Source: Amphiscolops sp. MND2022 (Eukaryota). From it: 64,000 bases of DNA. The notes beneath the pieces are model-generated. The model worked only from the letters and a program-made list of their open reading frames with translations, had not been told where the DNA came from and searched no databases. Where the stretch lies: positions 48,858,001 to 48,922,000 of the forward strand of contig OZ076413.1 of assembly GCA_964187785.1 (NCBI GenBank), read 5' to 3'. The translations under genes were made by a program, and so were the position numbers. The stretch's first letter is position 1, and each line of letters begins with the position of its first letter. Of the stretch, positions 51,666 to 64,000 are shown piece after piece.

Positions 51666-54600
51666 TTGCCTGAAGTTTTAATACCTTAAGCGTCTGGGAA
51701 CAAGACTTTTGATTTGTTTGCGCGCGAAAGTTTAAATAATAGTCAGATTGTCCCAACGAGATTGTTGTTCTCGTATGAATATGCGCAATTTAAAGAAATA
51801 AGCCGGGCTCAAAGGTATTCAAGTATCAAAGTATTTATTTCCGTATGTCAAATCTAATGCGAATTAGTAGTATAAATTGAAAAATATATTTCAATTTGAA
51901 AAAGTAATTTCAGAAAATTGACGTTTGTCAGGTTCGAACAGTATACTTTTTGCCTAGAATTCTGCGCTCTGGCCTTGCTTCTATTTCACTTTTTTGTAGA
52001 AGAAATTTAGCCTTGGCCAGAATCGAACCCACCGTAGATCTGTCATCAAGCCTCGTCTACTCCCCAGTATGCCTATAGTAGATTGTCTATATTTCATATA
52101 GCGCCAACAGAAGGCTGAATGAATGATGAGAAGTATTTGATTGTCCTTGAGAATAACGAGCAATTGCAGAAACCTCGAAACTCCGATCCTTTTCTTTGGT
52201 GGTTTTCGAAAAAGTTGTTTCTGTTAAAAAAGCGCCTAGAGAAATTGTTCTTGCTCATTTCACATGTTAACTGATCAACTAATTTCCTTGTCCCGGACGT
52301 TATTCGCCAATCGGACTATTTTTTTCTGAAATAAATCTGAACTTGGCGTCGAAGTGTATCAAGAACACGAGAAATGCAGCACTTGCAATTAACTTGTCAA
52401 ATGAACTTATTATAAATTAATTCTTTCAAATAGTCTAATGCTGAAAACTAAATTATTCCGAATTATTTTTTCCATTACAAACATCATGAATTATTAATTT
52501 TTTGTGATCCTCTATTCGACTCGCGAGATTTCGCGCGCTCACGCAGTAGTCTTGTTTAACGGCAGATTGCCAACGGGCAGTTGGAAATTTGGTTGAAATA
52601 CTTTTGTTGAAATGTATGAATGTCAGCCAGTCTGGATGTGACGAAGTAGACGTAGAATTTGATTGCATTGGGTACACTTGCGCCAGATTCAGTGGAGACA
52701 GGGAGACGGATTTGCAGAACATTTTCATCTCATTTTATTGACAGTTGCCGGGACATGTGGCGACATAAATTGCCATTAAAGCTATCCCAAGTCAATTTCA
52801 TCGAGTTGCAAGACAAATTGATACCTCACATACCCACGTAACAACTGTAGACAACACAACACTCATACACGCCCGTGTGATCAGTCTTCACGTATATGTA
52901 ATTGTATTCACAAATGGCGTCACCTAATCGGTAGAACCTCGTAGCTCGTTACCTTTTCGTGCAACTCACCCGCAACCCGGATTGCTGTTTGGCATTTGAT
53001 TTGAGTGTCCTGATATTCTCAAATTTAACCGCCACCTTTTAACTTGCTTGATGGGTTCGGCATCGATGATGTCCGTGTTTTCTTCTCGATTTGATATGTT
53101 TTAACTCCGCGTTTTCGAAAACGACGGAGGCCAACATCAGGGAACATTTTAAAAATCATTCCAAGATCAACAGGCGAACTTTCAATTTTCAAAAAAAAAA
53201 TGGAGATTCTTGGTGTCAACTGACTTCAAATGAGTTTTTCATAGTAGTGGATATCAACCACACTAGTTTTCCAGTTTTTGCAATTCCCGAGCAGTGTTTT
53301 CCATTTACTTGCATGAAATAATCTAAATTTGAATAATGCATGATTTAAAAATGATTTTTTTGTTTCGAATCAAGATTCGAAAATGGAATCAGTGGTTTTC
53401 CGATACTTCATTTTCCAAAATTTCGCAGTTTGAAAAATAAAATGCGACCAAGCATGAAAGAAAATTCGATCAATATACAGTATAATTTCTATATAATGTA
53501 CCCTCTGGGTCCCAAAACCGAAACCGCGTTTATCGAGTTTCACATATTGATCAAGACGGTATCGTCAAGTCGACGCTATACCTACGGCTCAAAAAGCGCC
53601 AAGTTTTTAAAATATGCCCAGGACGTTTTTTATGAAAAACTCGAAAGTTTTGAAGCACCCAAAAGGGTGCCTTTTGTGATCGAAAAATTCGGATATAACG
53701 TGCTGGCCTCGTGGGAGCGCTTTTCTGGATCCTACGACTGCTCCTCTTTGGTAAAACGCTATATAGTTCGAATAAAACTTCAAACATTTGGCTATAGCGC
53801 TATAGTTTTGAACCTCCACCTCTAAAATTTGGAAAGTGTTCAAAAAATAATTTGTGGACATATGAGGAAACTTAATATCAGATAAAAAATGAGAATTTGA
53901 CCAGTCTCACAGTGCCGAAAAATCTAAAAAGGGACCATTTGGGATTTTTCAACATCCTTCCTGTTGCAAAATTTTAAAAAATGGAGGGAGACCTTTCGGA
54001 GATATCTAAAATTTTTCGAAAATCGCCAGAGAATTTTGACAGTGTCACAGTGCCGAAAAATGTTAAAGGGGGGACCCATTTGTGCAATCAAAAACTTTTC
54101 AAAAAAGGTTCATAGTGCCGAAAAAATTCAAGTTGAAAACACCAAGATATCTAAAGGGGGATCCTTAGTATGTTTTCGAGGTTCTTATCTAAACGTGCTT
54201 CTTGCTCAAGTCCATTACTAATTAAGTAAGTTGTAAGAGTTTCGAAAGGCAGACAGCCATCTTTTAAGGACGGGGACCTCTACCTGTATTATCTCGGCAA
54301 CCTCTGGGGGCTTTGTTCAAGTGGATTGCGGTTGTTCGTTCAACTGTTGCTTTTCACGAGTTTGTAAAGCATCGTCTTCGTATCGTTGAATCTTGCTCTT
54401 CATCTGCAGCTTCTTCGACCGCTAGCGTTTTCAAGAACCCCAGGAAGCTAGAGCTGGGCTTTTGAGAGCAGCGACGGATAGTTGTATTCGGTACCTTTTG
54501 ATATTTTTAGTCCGCATTTAAGACGCGCAAGTATTACAATTACTAGTTTTCTTTTTCTTCAGCCTAACACTGATCTGCCTACTTTTGAACACACTCTTAT

Positions 54601-54737
54601 TTGAACACAGTGGTTGCTTTGTTATTATACGCTGTAAGTAACTTGCTAACATTCTGCCGTCCTTAAGCCTTAACGCGGATTTCCAGTCCTGAGAAGCAGA
54701 AGTACGTAGACTCGAGTCCCGCGATAAAACATTTTTT

Positions 54738-55325
54738 TAGTCGGCGCTTCATGAAGTGAAACGCGACTATTATAGTGGCTTTTCTTTTTTTTCAATCCAC
54801 ACGAACTGACCAAAATAGTTCTTAAAAGTTCTACAAAATATTATTGCACCAAATTGAACTATTTGGTCTAGCGAACTAAACCAAAAAGGTTTTTCCTGTT
54901 TTCCCGCGTAACATACCATATCGGGCGAGGCCCTTAGAGTATTTTCGGCACTGCGAGACTTTTTTTCGGAAACAAATTTTTCCCCAAAGGACCCCCCTTC
55001 AATTTTTTTGCTGTTTTGCGACAGAATGGATGTTGCAAAACCCCAAATGGTCTTCCCTTTCAGTTTTTCGGCATTGTGAGACTTTTTTTCGAAAATTTGT
55101 TTTTTCTCCTAAGGGTCCCCCGTCAACTGCGACAAAAATGTTGACAATTTCGGAAGTGTCCCCCTTTTAGCGCGCCAGGGGCTCGCGCTAGCTGGCCCCG
55201 GTGCGCCACTCGGTTCATATTTTTTGCTTTTTCGATTTTCGAGTACTGTAAATTGACACTTGGAAGTCCTTTTGCTATTTTTGAGCCTTGGATATGGCGC
55301 CGACTTGGGTCGGTCCCTGCTTGTT
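54738..55325 (+). mobile_element. Family A Helentron-like element
   Basis: tagtcggcgcttcatgaagtgaaacgcgacta ... gcgccgacttgggtcggtccctgcttgtt. Confidence 0.7.
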
Positions 55326-55757
55326 AATGCTTGTAAAGGTAGAGGAAATATCCTTTGGTTTTTTTAATATGCCATTTTTCCGGTTTTTTTTGTAGCCCCG
55401 CTTCGATTTTTAGCAGGAATGAAGCGTTTTGCGAGAATAGAGCCATCTTAGGTTTTTCGACATTATGCGACTTATCGAATTTTCAAGGGTATTTTTTCGA
55501 AAGTGTTTCCGAGAGAAATTCGAATATTTTTTAAAAATTTGGGTTTGATGTTTCGAATTTGGGAAAAGTGGTTCTCAAGTCTTATGGGTCTCCCTTCAGG
55601 TATTGTTTGGCACTCTATTGTTGATTTGAAACTTAGTAGTGTTTCTTAGCATAGTTATTGCACATGACGAAGTCAATGTGCATTGCAGTCCAGCTAAGAA
55701 AGTTTTTTTCCACTATAGTCAACTTCATAATGAGCGCTTTTTAGAATAAAGCCAAAA

Positions 55758-55828
55758 CCCCAGAGAGATTCGAACCTGCAGCCTCCCGATTGCACGGCAT
55801 AAGTGTTAACCACTGTGCCATAGGGACG
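55758..55828 (-). other. tRNA-like Pol III cassette within repeat DNA
   Basis: Reverse strand reads tggcacagtgg (A box) ... ggttcgaatc (B box); cloverleaf stems are poor. Confidence 0.5.
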
Positions 55829-56669
55829 TTATTGAACAAAGTTGAACTGTTGAATATATACGCATGCGATTAAAATAATATATATACGCATATTAAAATA
55901 ATCGATGTCTTCGTCATGTGTTGCGAAGCACCGCTTCGCCTCTGTGTAACAGATTAATCTGTTCAAACCTTGAGCGTGTGCCGACTTGGACCGTTTCCGG
56001 CTTGTTAATAAAGACAAAGCGTCTAGCAAACTCACGTCTGTTGATCTTAACCAACAGTTTAGCGCTGCTGTTGACCGTTGTAGGCCCCTCTAATTTTTTT
56101 TACAAAAATGTTTTGCGAGCTTAGGGGAACTTTTTCTGAGTTTTTCATTGAAGCCCCCTCGATTTTTAATATGAAAAACGTTTTGCGAATTTAAAGGTTG
56201 TTTTTCGGCACTATGAGACTGGAAAAGGTCCACAAATAGGGTTTTTGATGTGTTGAGTTAGAAAGAAAGCGGTTTCCAGTCTTGTAGGGACATCCGATCC
56301 GGTATTTTTTGGCACTGTACGTTTGATTGAAATTTTTGCATATTTGAACACTTTAAATCTTGAGTGGAGTGAACCTAATATGAAGTGCGCAAGTGTGTTG
56401 AATTTTCTTGTGTTGAGTTTTCCGTACACCGTTTCGACAAGCCAACTAAAAACAGTCAACTCTGTTAGGGCTACTGCCAAACAAGTTCGTGGAAAAACCG
56501 AAAGTCGAATTCGTAGCTCGTGAAATCTTGGGACACCTGTATTTTGAACCACAACTATTTTCAAAAATCTGAGCACGATTTCTAAGATTGATCTCGTTTC
56601 CACGTAAGGCGTGAAAGTGTTTTAAGGGCAAACATCGGGTAAATAAAGATAAACTTCCGGCGCCTTTGT

Positions 56670-56945
56670 TATTTTCAGCCCACATATAATGGGGGAGGAA
56701 AATCATAATCTGTGTTGCGTTTTTTCCAAATTCTGCCAAATCTCCCAGTTTCGCCATCGACCTCACTTAGAGTTACTTGACTATTTTAGCTACTCGACTA
56801 TTCTAGTTACTTAGTAAAATCTAGTCATCATGGCGCAGTTGGTAGTGCGTCCGCCTGGCACACATGAGGTTGTGGGTTCGAACCCGGGCTGATGCGTTAC
56901 ATTTTTAGCGGAAAATATCTCGGTGCTTAGCGGGCGTCTTGTTTT
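56670..56945 (+). mobile_element. Family E Helentron-like element with internal tRNA-like cassette (56824-56896)
   Basis: Homologous to 17289-17603. A box tggcgcagttgg, B box ggttcgaaccc, catca/tgatg acceptor-like stem. Confidence 0.7.
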
Positions 56946-57884
56946 TTCCTGACATGTGCCACGCAGAATGTTAGTGTTCGAATCTAACCTACGGCGAACT
57001 ATCTACCAATATTTTCCTAGACATTATTCACTGCTTCAAAACGTAGTACCTATTGCCCTGAGAAAACGCATTGTTCTCTGACATACTCGTGAGTGTACAT
57101 TTGCTTCAATAATGTGGCATATCAAGAATTATGTAAATAGATCCCTCGAAACAAAAGCGGCATTTGATGATTTTTTGCTTTATTTAAGAATTAATCGATC
57201 TTGATGAAGAGCTTTCGCTTGTGTAAGAAACCGGTTCTTGATCAGAGAAATAATCATAGTTTTGATTTCCAACTTTCTGGTAGGTCTTCAATAAAATTAG
57301 GTGCTCTTGTTCAAGATGGGTTCTGGTATTCATTCACACACTTCAACTCAGTACTTCTAGATATGCATTTCGACTACTCTGCCTCTTTGGTCTGCACGAC
57401 CCGTAATCTGATTGACCGTGCTGGTTGACCACTACTTCTACAAACTTTTTGATTGATATTGTTGCGCAAATAAATAACAGACGTTTACATTTCACTTTTG
57501 GCTTTGACTTGAACAAACAAATTTGTTCCTGTTTTTCCAGTTCATTGGTTGATAAGCCTTGTTGTTCTTTGGGAGAAATTTTGAACAAAATGTCAATTTG
57601 TAATTCTTATGTTATCACTGTTTCTTGGTTCGGTATTTTAGCCCAATTAAAGAAAGTTTTCTCGCTTGACTGGGTAACCAGTTTTCAACTGAACTAAAAT
57701 TTCCGGTCAGTGAAGACGTAAATTGATTCAACTCAACAGGTTACCGTCATACCAGGGGTTCGTTCTACAAAACGACTGTTTGCTATAATCTCTCGCAAAG
57801 GGTACCTCGAGTTTCTACAATTTTAGTAATGGTTTTTCCCGCCTTTCTATCTGAATCATCGATCAACTGGAAAAAGTGAAATTA

Positions 57885-58902
57885 TTACACTTGCGATAAG
57901 CAAGTGTTATGGGAAAGTGCGGGTGCTTTTTTTTCCGCGCGACAACTCTCTGATTTCACGCGGCAACTCGCACGTTTCACGCGTTCGTGGTCTAGTGGTA
58001 AGATGCTTGCCTTTCAACCCAGAGGTTTCGTGTTCGAACCCGTGGGTATGCGCTAATTTTTTTACAAGTATTCCGAAGCAGAAGGTTCTGACTTTTTTCG
58101 GCACTATGAGACTTTTCGGCTTTGTGAGACTTTTTTTGGCTTTGTGAGACTTTTTTTCGGAATTTTTTAAATGTCCCCAAAGAGTCCTCCTTTCAATTTT
58201 TTTGATATTTTGCAAGAGAACGAATGTTAAAAAATCCCAAAGGGTCCCTTTTTTCAGAATTTTCGGCACTATGAGACTGTTCAAAATTCTAATTTTTTTT
58301 CAAAAAATTTTTTAGACTCCCTTATTTTTTTCAAAAATTTTTTAATGTCCCCAAAGCGTCCTCCTTTCAATTTTTTGATATCTTGCAACAGAACGAATGT
58401 TATAAAATCCTAAAGGGTCCCTTTTTCACATTTTTCGGCACTATGCGACTTAGCGGAAACTTCAAAAAAATTCGGAAATTTTTTTCTCAATTTTTAGTTT
58501 TAAAAGACCGTTTTTTTAAAAGACCGATCTTTTTTCTATGCGACTTTTTTAAAATTTGTTTTCACCGAAGCCCCTGCTCAATTTTTACAAGAAACGAAAC
58601 GTTTTGCGAGAGGACTCCTCAAGGCTTTGCGACTTACCGGAGACCATCAAAAATGTTTTCGAAAATTTTTTTTCTATTTTCTGTTTAAGGTTTTCCGTTG
58701 AGAAAGAATGGGTTTTTTGCTGTTTTCAGTTGGGGAAGAATGGTTTTCGAGGCTTACGCGTATAACTTCGGGTATTTTTTGGCGCTGTAAAATTGATGAA
58801 ATTTTAATCTCCTTTTACCCTTGGTTTTCCGTATGATATTGCTTATTTGGTTTTCTTCAAAAGTTCGCAAGTGTTTGCGAAGCACGGCTTCGCCTCTGTG
58901 TT
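57885..58902 (+). mobile_element. Family B Helentron-like element with tRNA-Glu-like cassette (57981-58053) and internal tandem duplication
   Basis: cacttgcga / tcgcaagtg subTIRs, gcgaagcacggcttcgc hairpin; gtggtctagtgg...ctttcaa...gttcgaaccc. Confidence 0.75.
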
Positions 58903-60591
58903 AAAATTTTGCTGAAGTTTGAATAATGTGCATTTGAGGTTTTTCAGTTTGAGACATAGGATTTGCATGTTCTTTGTTGATGCATATGCGATGTTCTGAA
59001 AGGACTAGAAAGTTCTAAAAGAACTCGATTTACATGGTGTTGTAGTTGACGCAAGATCTGAAGAGTATCCAAAGAGGCCAAAAGATCGCTTCAATTTTTT
59101 ACGCTGTCAATTGAATTAGCAAGCAGCATAAGATCAAAGGGTCACTTCTTAGCTTTTGTTTCCGCACTATGCAACGTTTTTGAAAAATCAGTAAACTAAA
59201 AGCAGGAGAGACCATCTGGTGATTTTTTCCAAGTTTACCAAAGCGTCTCACGTCCTTAGTTTTTCGATTTTTTCGAAAGTTTTTCATGGCTCAAGATGTT
59301 ACTTAATTTCAACAGAAATTACCCCTGGACAAATTTATGACTCAGTTTACTTTGAGTCTCTATTGAATAACTGATTGCGACGTTGGTATTTTGCTTTTTT
59401 TAAAAAAATCTTCGTATCCGCGTATTTTGTATTGGAAATGGTGAGTGGTGGTCAGCTGTATGAAATCCATATCGAAACATTTGCTGTCAAAATGTATCTT
59501 TGCGATTGCTTCGGGGTTGGTCGATTTTGATCGATATATGCTCATTTATCTCTTCTCAATCGGTGGGTGCCTCGTTGCTTGTTTGAGAAGAGATGTGCTT
59601 CAATCCAGTTGCATTTTTGTTTTACAGTGATCCTTTTAATGACAAGGGTTTGAATGAAATTTATGGCATAATAAAGCTGTTCTGCGAATGCCTTTCTGCA
59701 AATTGCTTTGTATTAGAGATGACCCTTTCGTTCAATTGGAAATAAGGTAATGAATGACTAGCTTGATCCTTTAGGCTTGAATGAACACTGTAAAAGAATC
59801 AGATTACGAAAGACTCTTTGGTCATGGCTATCTTTCCATATCAAGTTTTTCGCTTGCCGGCCGAGACAAGGCCAGTCAAAACAATTCCAGCAACAAATGA
59901 CCCAAATACTTGATATTATTCACCAAGCTAGCGAAAACTCACGCCTGAAACAAGCCAAAATTGTATAGAAAGGTCCGTATCTCAACGCAAAATTCCTCCC
60001 CCGTAAAACAAAATGAGCAAACTGTGAACCAATGTGAAACTCAGGATTATTTTATTGCACCGGAATTTCATCGCAAACATGTCGACATAATTAATGGTAC
60101 TTGAACTTTTTTTCTAATTTTCCCGCGAAGCCGCTTCGGTGGATTAATAAGAAACATGGTCCAAAAATTGTCTGCAGATTGTAAAGCAAGCACAAATCTT
60201 CACTTTTCTGCTTAGTACTAATTTTCGCGGGAGGTACTTGTAGTGACGAAACGAGGAGTTCTTAGTTTCTCAACGCTGGAATTACATCTAATTAGCATTC
60301 TTGTCAGTTGAGACTTGCATTCAAAAGAAGTTTCATATTTTCCAGAATATATTCAGGCGGCTGATTGACATGCGTTGCGCTATTTCAAATTTTTTTTCCA
60401 ATAATTTTGAAATCCTGATTTGCATATCAGAGATTGGGTCCTAATTTGTTTTTATTCTTTCAAGGAATATAAATAATTGCTGCGTTTAAGGCATGTGAAA
60501 CATCGTTAGCACTGGAATGAATAGTTTTTTTGCAAAATTTTTGCTTTTCGCCGTCTTTGAGGAATCTTTTCGCCAATTCGGCGTGAATTTT

Positions 60592-60705
60592 TAGTCGGCG
60601 CTTTCGATAGAAAGCGCTTCGCCTTCCGACCTAGTGGTTATCGCGGGTGTAACATTGGCTAGAAATCTGGTGTCTGTGGGTTCGAATCTTGCGCTGGACC
60701 CAAAA
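60592..60705 (+). mobile_element. Family A-type 5' end fused directly to a tRNA-like segment
   Basis: tagtcggcgctttcgatagaaagcgc hairpin, then cctagtgg (A-box-like) and gggttcgaatc (B box). Confidence 0.5.
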
Positions 60706-63700
60706 ATTAGTCCGAAATATACGACTGTCTCCTCTAGACTAACTGAATATTTTATCTTTTTCACGAAACTAGATTAAAATGTTTCCCTTTAAATGCTTTG
60801 ACATTTTGCAACCACTTTGAGAAGCTCCCAACTATTCAAATATGTTTTGAAATTTCGCCAAAACAGACACTTAGGGGGTTTGACAGACCTGGCGCTTTTC
60901 AAGCATAATGCTTGGCGTCGATCTGGGCCGTTCTCGGCGTCTTCATTAAAGTCATAAGTCGAATTCTTCATCCGCCCGTCTCTGACTTTTAATTTGAAAC
61001 TATCACAACTGTTCGTTAATGTGCTCGAAAAAGCTTTTCAAACTAATTCTTGAAGTCGCAAATTTAATTAGTATGTGAAACGGATCAATTAGAGACACCA
61101 TTACTGCTGCATTAAGCTAATTTATTTGGTTTCATTTCACGAAGAGTTTCATTCTGATATGAAACGGTTCTATTTAAATGCAATTCTCTACACCAAGGAA
61201 ATGAATATTCATGTATTATGGCTTCGTTTAAATCATACCAACCACGTGCGGCTTTCAATGAATCGGTTTTGGTATGCTCTCTTATTTCTACGGACGACAG
61301 CAAGCTACTACAAGACTGCGCTCTGAAATCGAGGCCCCTCTTCGTTTGAGAAGGAATTACGCTAAGTGTCTTCCCGAAGACATACTACCATGATGTAATG
61401 GAATGGTGTGTAATGTTTGTAAGAAGATTAAACCACGAATGGTGTTGCTTGCAAAGAAAGGAGCCATTCTAATTCAGTCTCAAAAGTTGGAAGCAGTTTT
61501 TAATCCCCTTACGAATAGAAAATGTGATAGTTTTACTATGTCGTCACTTTCCAATCCAGAGCTAGCTAAACGAAGGTCGCTTTTGTTTTAATTGCAATCG
61601 ATCAGACATTTCTTGTAATTTTCCATATGTTGTTTCCCATTTGCATTGAACACTAACTTGTATACTGACTGATCCGATCCGCGCCGGCCATTGAGTCAGA
61701 AAATGTAATTGTTTATGGTTCATAACAAACAAATGCGTAGGTTGAGTAGGCAGACATTGGACGTCGGCTCGGTTGTAAACACGCCATGTCTTGCCTCTTC
61801 GAGTTCCACCTGATCCCCTTGGGGTTGATTCCTGAAACACCTAACGATTGATCATGTGCCAGCACCACTATTGTACCAGTAACCAGCCGAATGACTACAT
61901 GTAGGCTCACTACTTATAGAAATAAGGCGATTTAAAATTTCTCTAATAGGCTTTCGCTATTCGGTTTGGAAAGAACAAAACTTGCCAAAGGATTACTTTG
62001 TGTCTTTTTCAAAATGCATTTTGGCAGCTGACTATTTTGATTTTTGACTTTTGTTCGGTGCAATTGTTGAGACAACCACCCCGTTGTGCTAATGGGCCAA
62101 AAATCAGCCTCTGGCGAGAGAAAGCAAGTCCTTGCTGGCTGATCACTGTCGATTCGAATTACCAACCAAGAATTTGGCGGTGCGAAAACAGGCCGCTGGG
62201 GCATGTGTAGGGTATATGTGTCAGTGAGTGGCATTTGGAGTTTGCAACTGTTAAACTGTACCTCGCCATTTGTATTTAGCTACTTTGCAGAAGTGTGTAC
62301 AAACACCAGGAGCAGGTCTTTTTCTATTGAAACTTGAAAAGGTATTGAGAAGGTGGAATTAGAAGTGCCAGAGCTGAATGGTGGCGACAGTGAAAAGATG
62401 GTGGAAGTTGCAGCGAAAGTGCCCCACCGTTACTATTGTTACTGCTAAGACTGAGACTATAGTTGTGGTGTGATATTGCTGGATGAAAAAAGTTGCAGAC
62501 GTATTATAGAATGTTGAGATGATGTATAAATAGGAAATGGCTAGTGAGTGAGTGGCAATGGCAATTGCAAAAATGGTATAGCTGACATATAGCACTATTC
62601 TTTTCTTGCTTTCTTTTTTATTCTAGATTGTATGATAGCAGTGAAAGAGATATACAGATATAGTGTTGCTGCTACTACTACACACTAAATGAGTCTCCTC
62701 GGATAAGCTAGGTGGAAAGAAGAAAGTACGGAGACAATGTCGTCGGTTTTTGTATTTAGCCGTCACTGCTTTTTAGGCAAGGAGATTTACTCGAAACTGA
62801 GGAGGATAGTACTCTACATGTCCTACTTTGCTTTCTATCTTCTCCGAGAAGAGGTAGAAAGACATAAGATGAGGAGGACAACATATCACGAAAAGGCATC
62901 ATCTTGTTTTTCAATCTATCGCCAAGCCACACAGGTATCCCACAGTTTAACATACAGACCACGCTCGTTTATAATTTTATTGGTCCTTAACGTTAGTTTG
63001 CTCGTGAATTTTATAGCTCGCTTTTCCAACAAAATCTGGATTGTAATTTTGATCCCGCCCTCTTTGCTTTTTACTAGTGAGTATTATTTCTTCGTTCCTC
63101 GTTCGCACCGTCGTCTGTGAAAGACTGTTCTTCGGCTGTTGGGAAAAATGATGCTCGCTGGAGTAAGTCTGATGTAATCACCGGCTCTACGATTGATAGT
63201 CGGCTGTTGTTTACAAACGCGTAACCGAAGGTACAATTTCTAATGGAACTACAACTTCTACTACTGTTACACGTATCGAAATTGATACATAAGTACGTAG
63301 TAGCCCGTCCTGTCGTCATACTATAGAAGTGTTCACATGGTTGTCGTATTCGTTGGTAGTGGTAGTGTTGTAGCGATAGCCAGCGAAAAACGAACTACTG
63401 CAACCAACAAGGAATGGCAGCGGCGGCGGCATTGGTAGAACTGGTAAGAAGGAATATGGGAATAACACTAGTGTACCAACAAGAGTGTGTTACCAGCCGC
63501 CATTGCCACCACTACTGGCCAAAACCACAAGCACAAGCAACAACACTGGCTGGCATCATGCTTTACCAATTAACGGTGGTGGTGGCAGTAGTAGTAGTGC
63601 CAGCCGTCGAGCCAGCTTCTACTTCAGCCTCCGCCGAACCACAGTCATTTCTACCAACTACCAGCAGCCAGCTCACACTTTTCCCCGCTTTTTTCTTTCT

Positions 63701-64000
63701 CTGGCTAGATTGGATCCATTCACTGGTCACTCAAAGTGGTACTTCTTCTGGAAAGAACCAGCGCTGCTTGGTATTGGTAGTACCAAACTGGCAAATACAC
63801 TGGCAGCTCTAAAACCGAGAGTCAAACTAGCTCCTCTCCGGCTGAGCTGCCAGAAATAATATTCTACCGTATTGCTGTTCTTCCTAAAACGAGACAAGCG
63901 CCGTGACTACGTCTCTCGCTGGAGCACACAGTTTCAGTCTTTCGTTGGATTTGATTGGATTGGTTTGTTTCTTGATTTGGTCTTTTTTCGCTCAGCTGAA

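Noticed and set aside
56824..56896. Functional tRNA gene
   Set aside because: Good A/B boxes but the anticodon stem does not pair; it is embedded in a family E element.
57981..58053. Functional tRNA-Glu gene
   Set aside because: Anticodon and acceptor stems pair poorly, and it sits at the same position within two copies of a repeat.
57200..59700. Degenerate coding-like minus-strand stretches flanking the family B copy
   Set aside because: No identifiable motif; possibly old TE debris but cannot be supported.
61713..61910. Possible neuropeptide precursor (…GIRWNSKR…)
   Set aside because: Non-ATG start, no clear signal peptide, single dibasic site and no repeats.

Overview
AT-rich, intron-containing eukaryotic (animal-like) genomic DNA. 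Host genes, all on the + strand: the last exon of a LENG1-like gene (324-713); a complete 8-exon STAMBP/AMSH JAMM deubiquitinase (1536-6958); and four reconstructed 5' coding exons of a probable CC2D1/Lgd-like gene (13942-38901, continuing further) with introns of about 11 kb and larger. Those introns hold a decayed full-length Copia LTR retrotransposon (19640-24714, -) and a decayed full-length BEL/Pao element (27523-36021, +, AACAG target-site duplication, internal 384-bp in-frame duplication). Elsewhere are LINE fragments and several MITEs. The most distinctive feature is at least five families of non-autonomous Helentron/DINE-1-like elements (subterminal inverted repeats plus a 3' hairpin, T-rich ends). 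They stack head-to-tail, share internal modules, and often carry an internal tRNA-like Pol III A/B-box cassette. No CRISPR array, rRNA or convincing canonical tRNA gene was seen. All calls are by-eye; no database searches were run.
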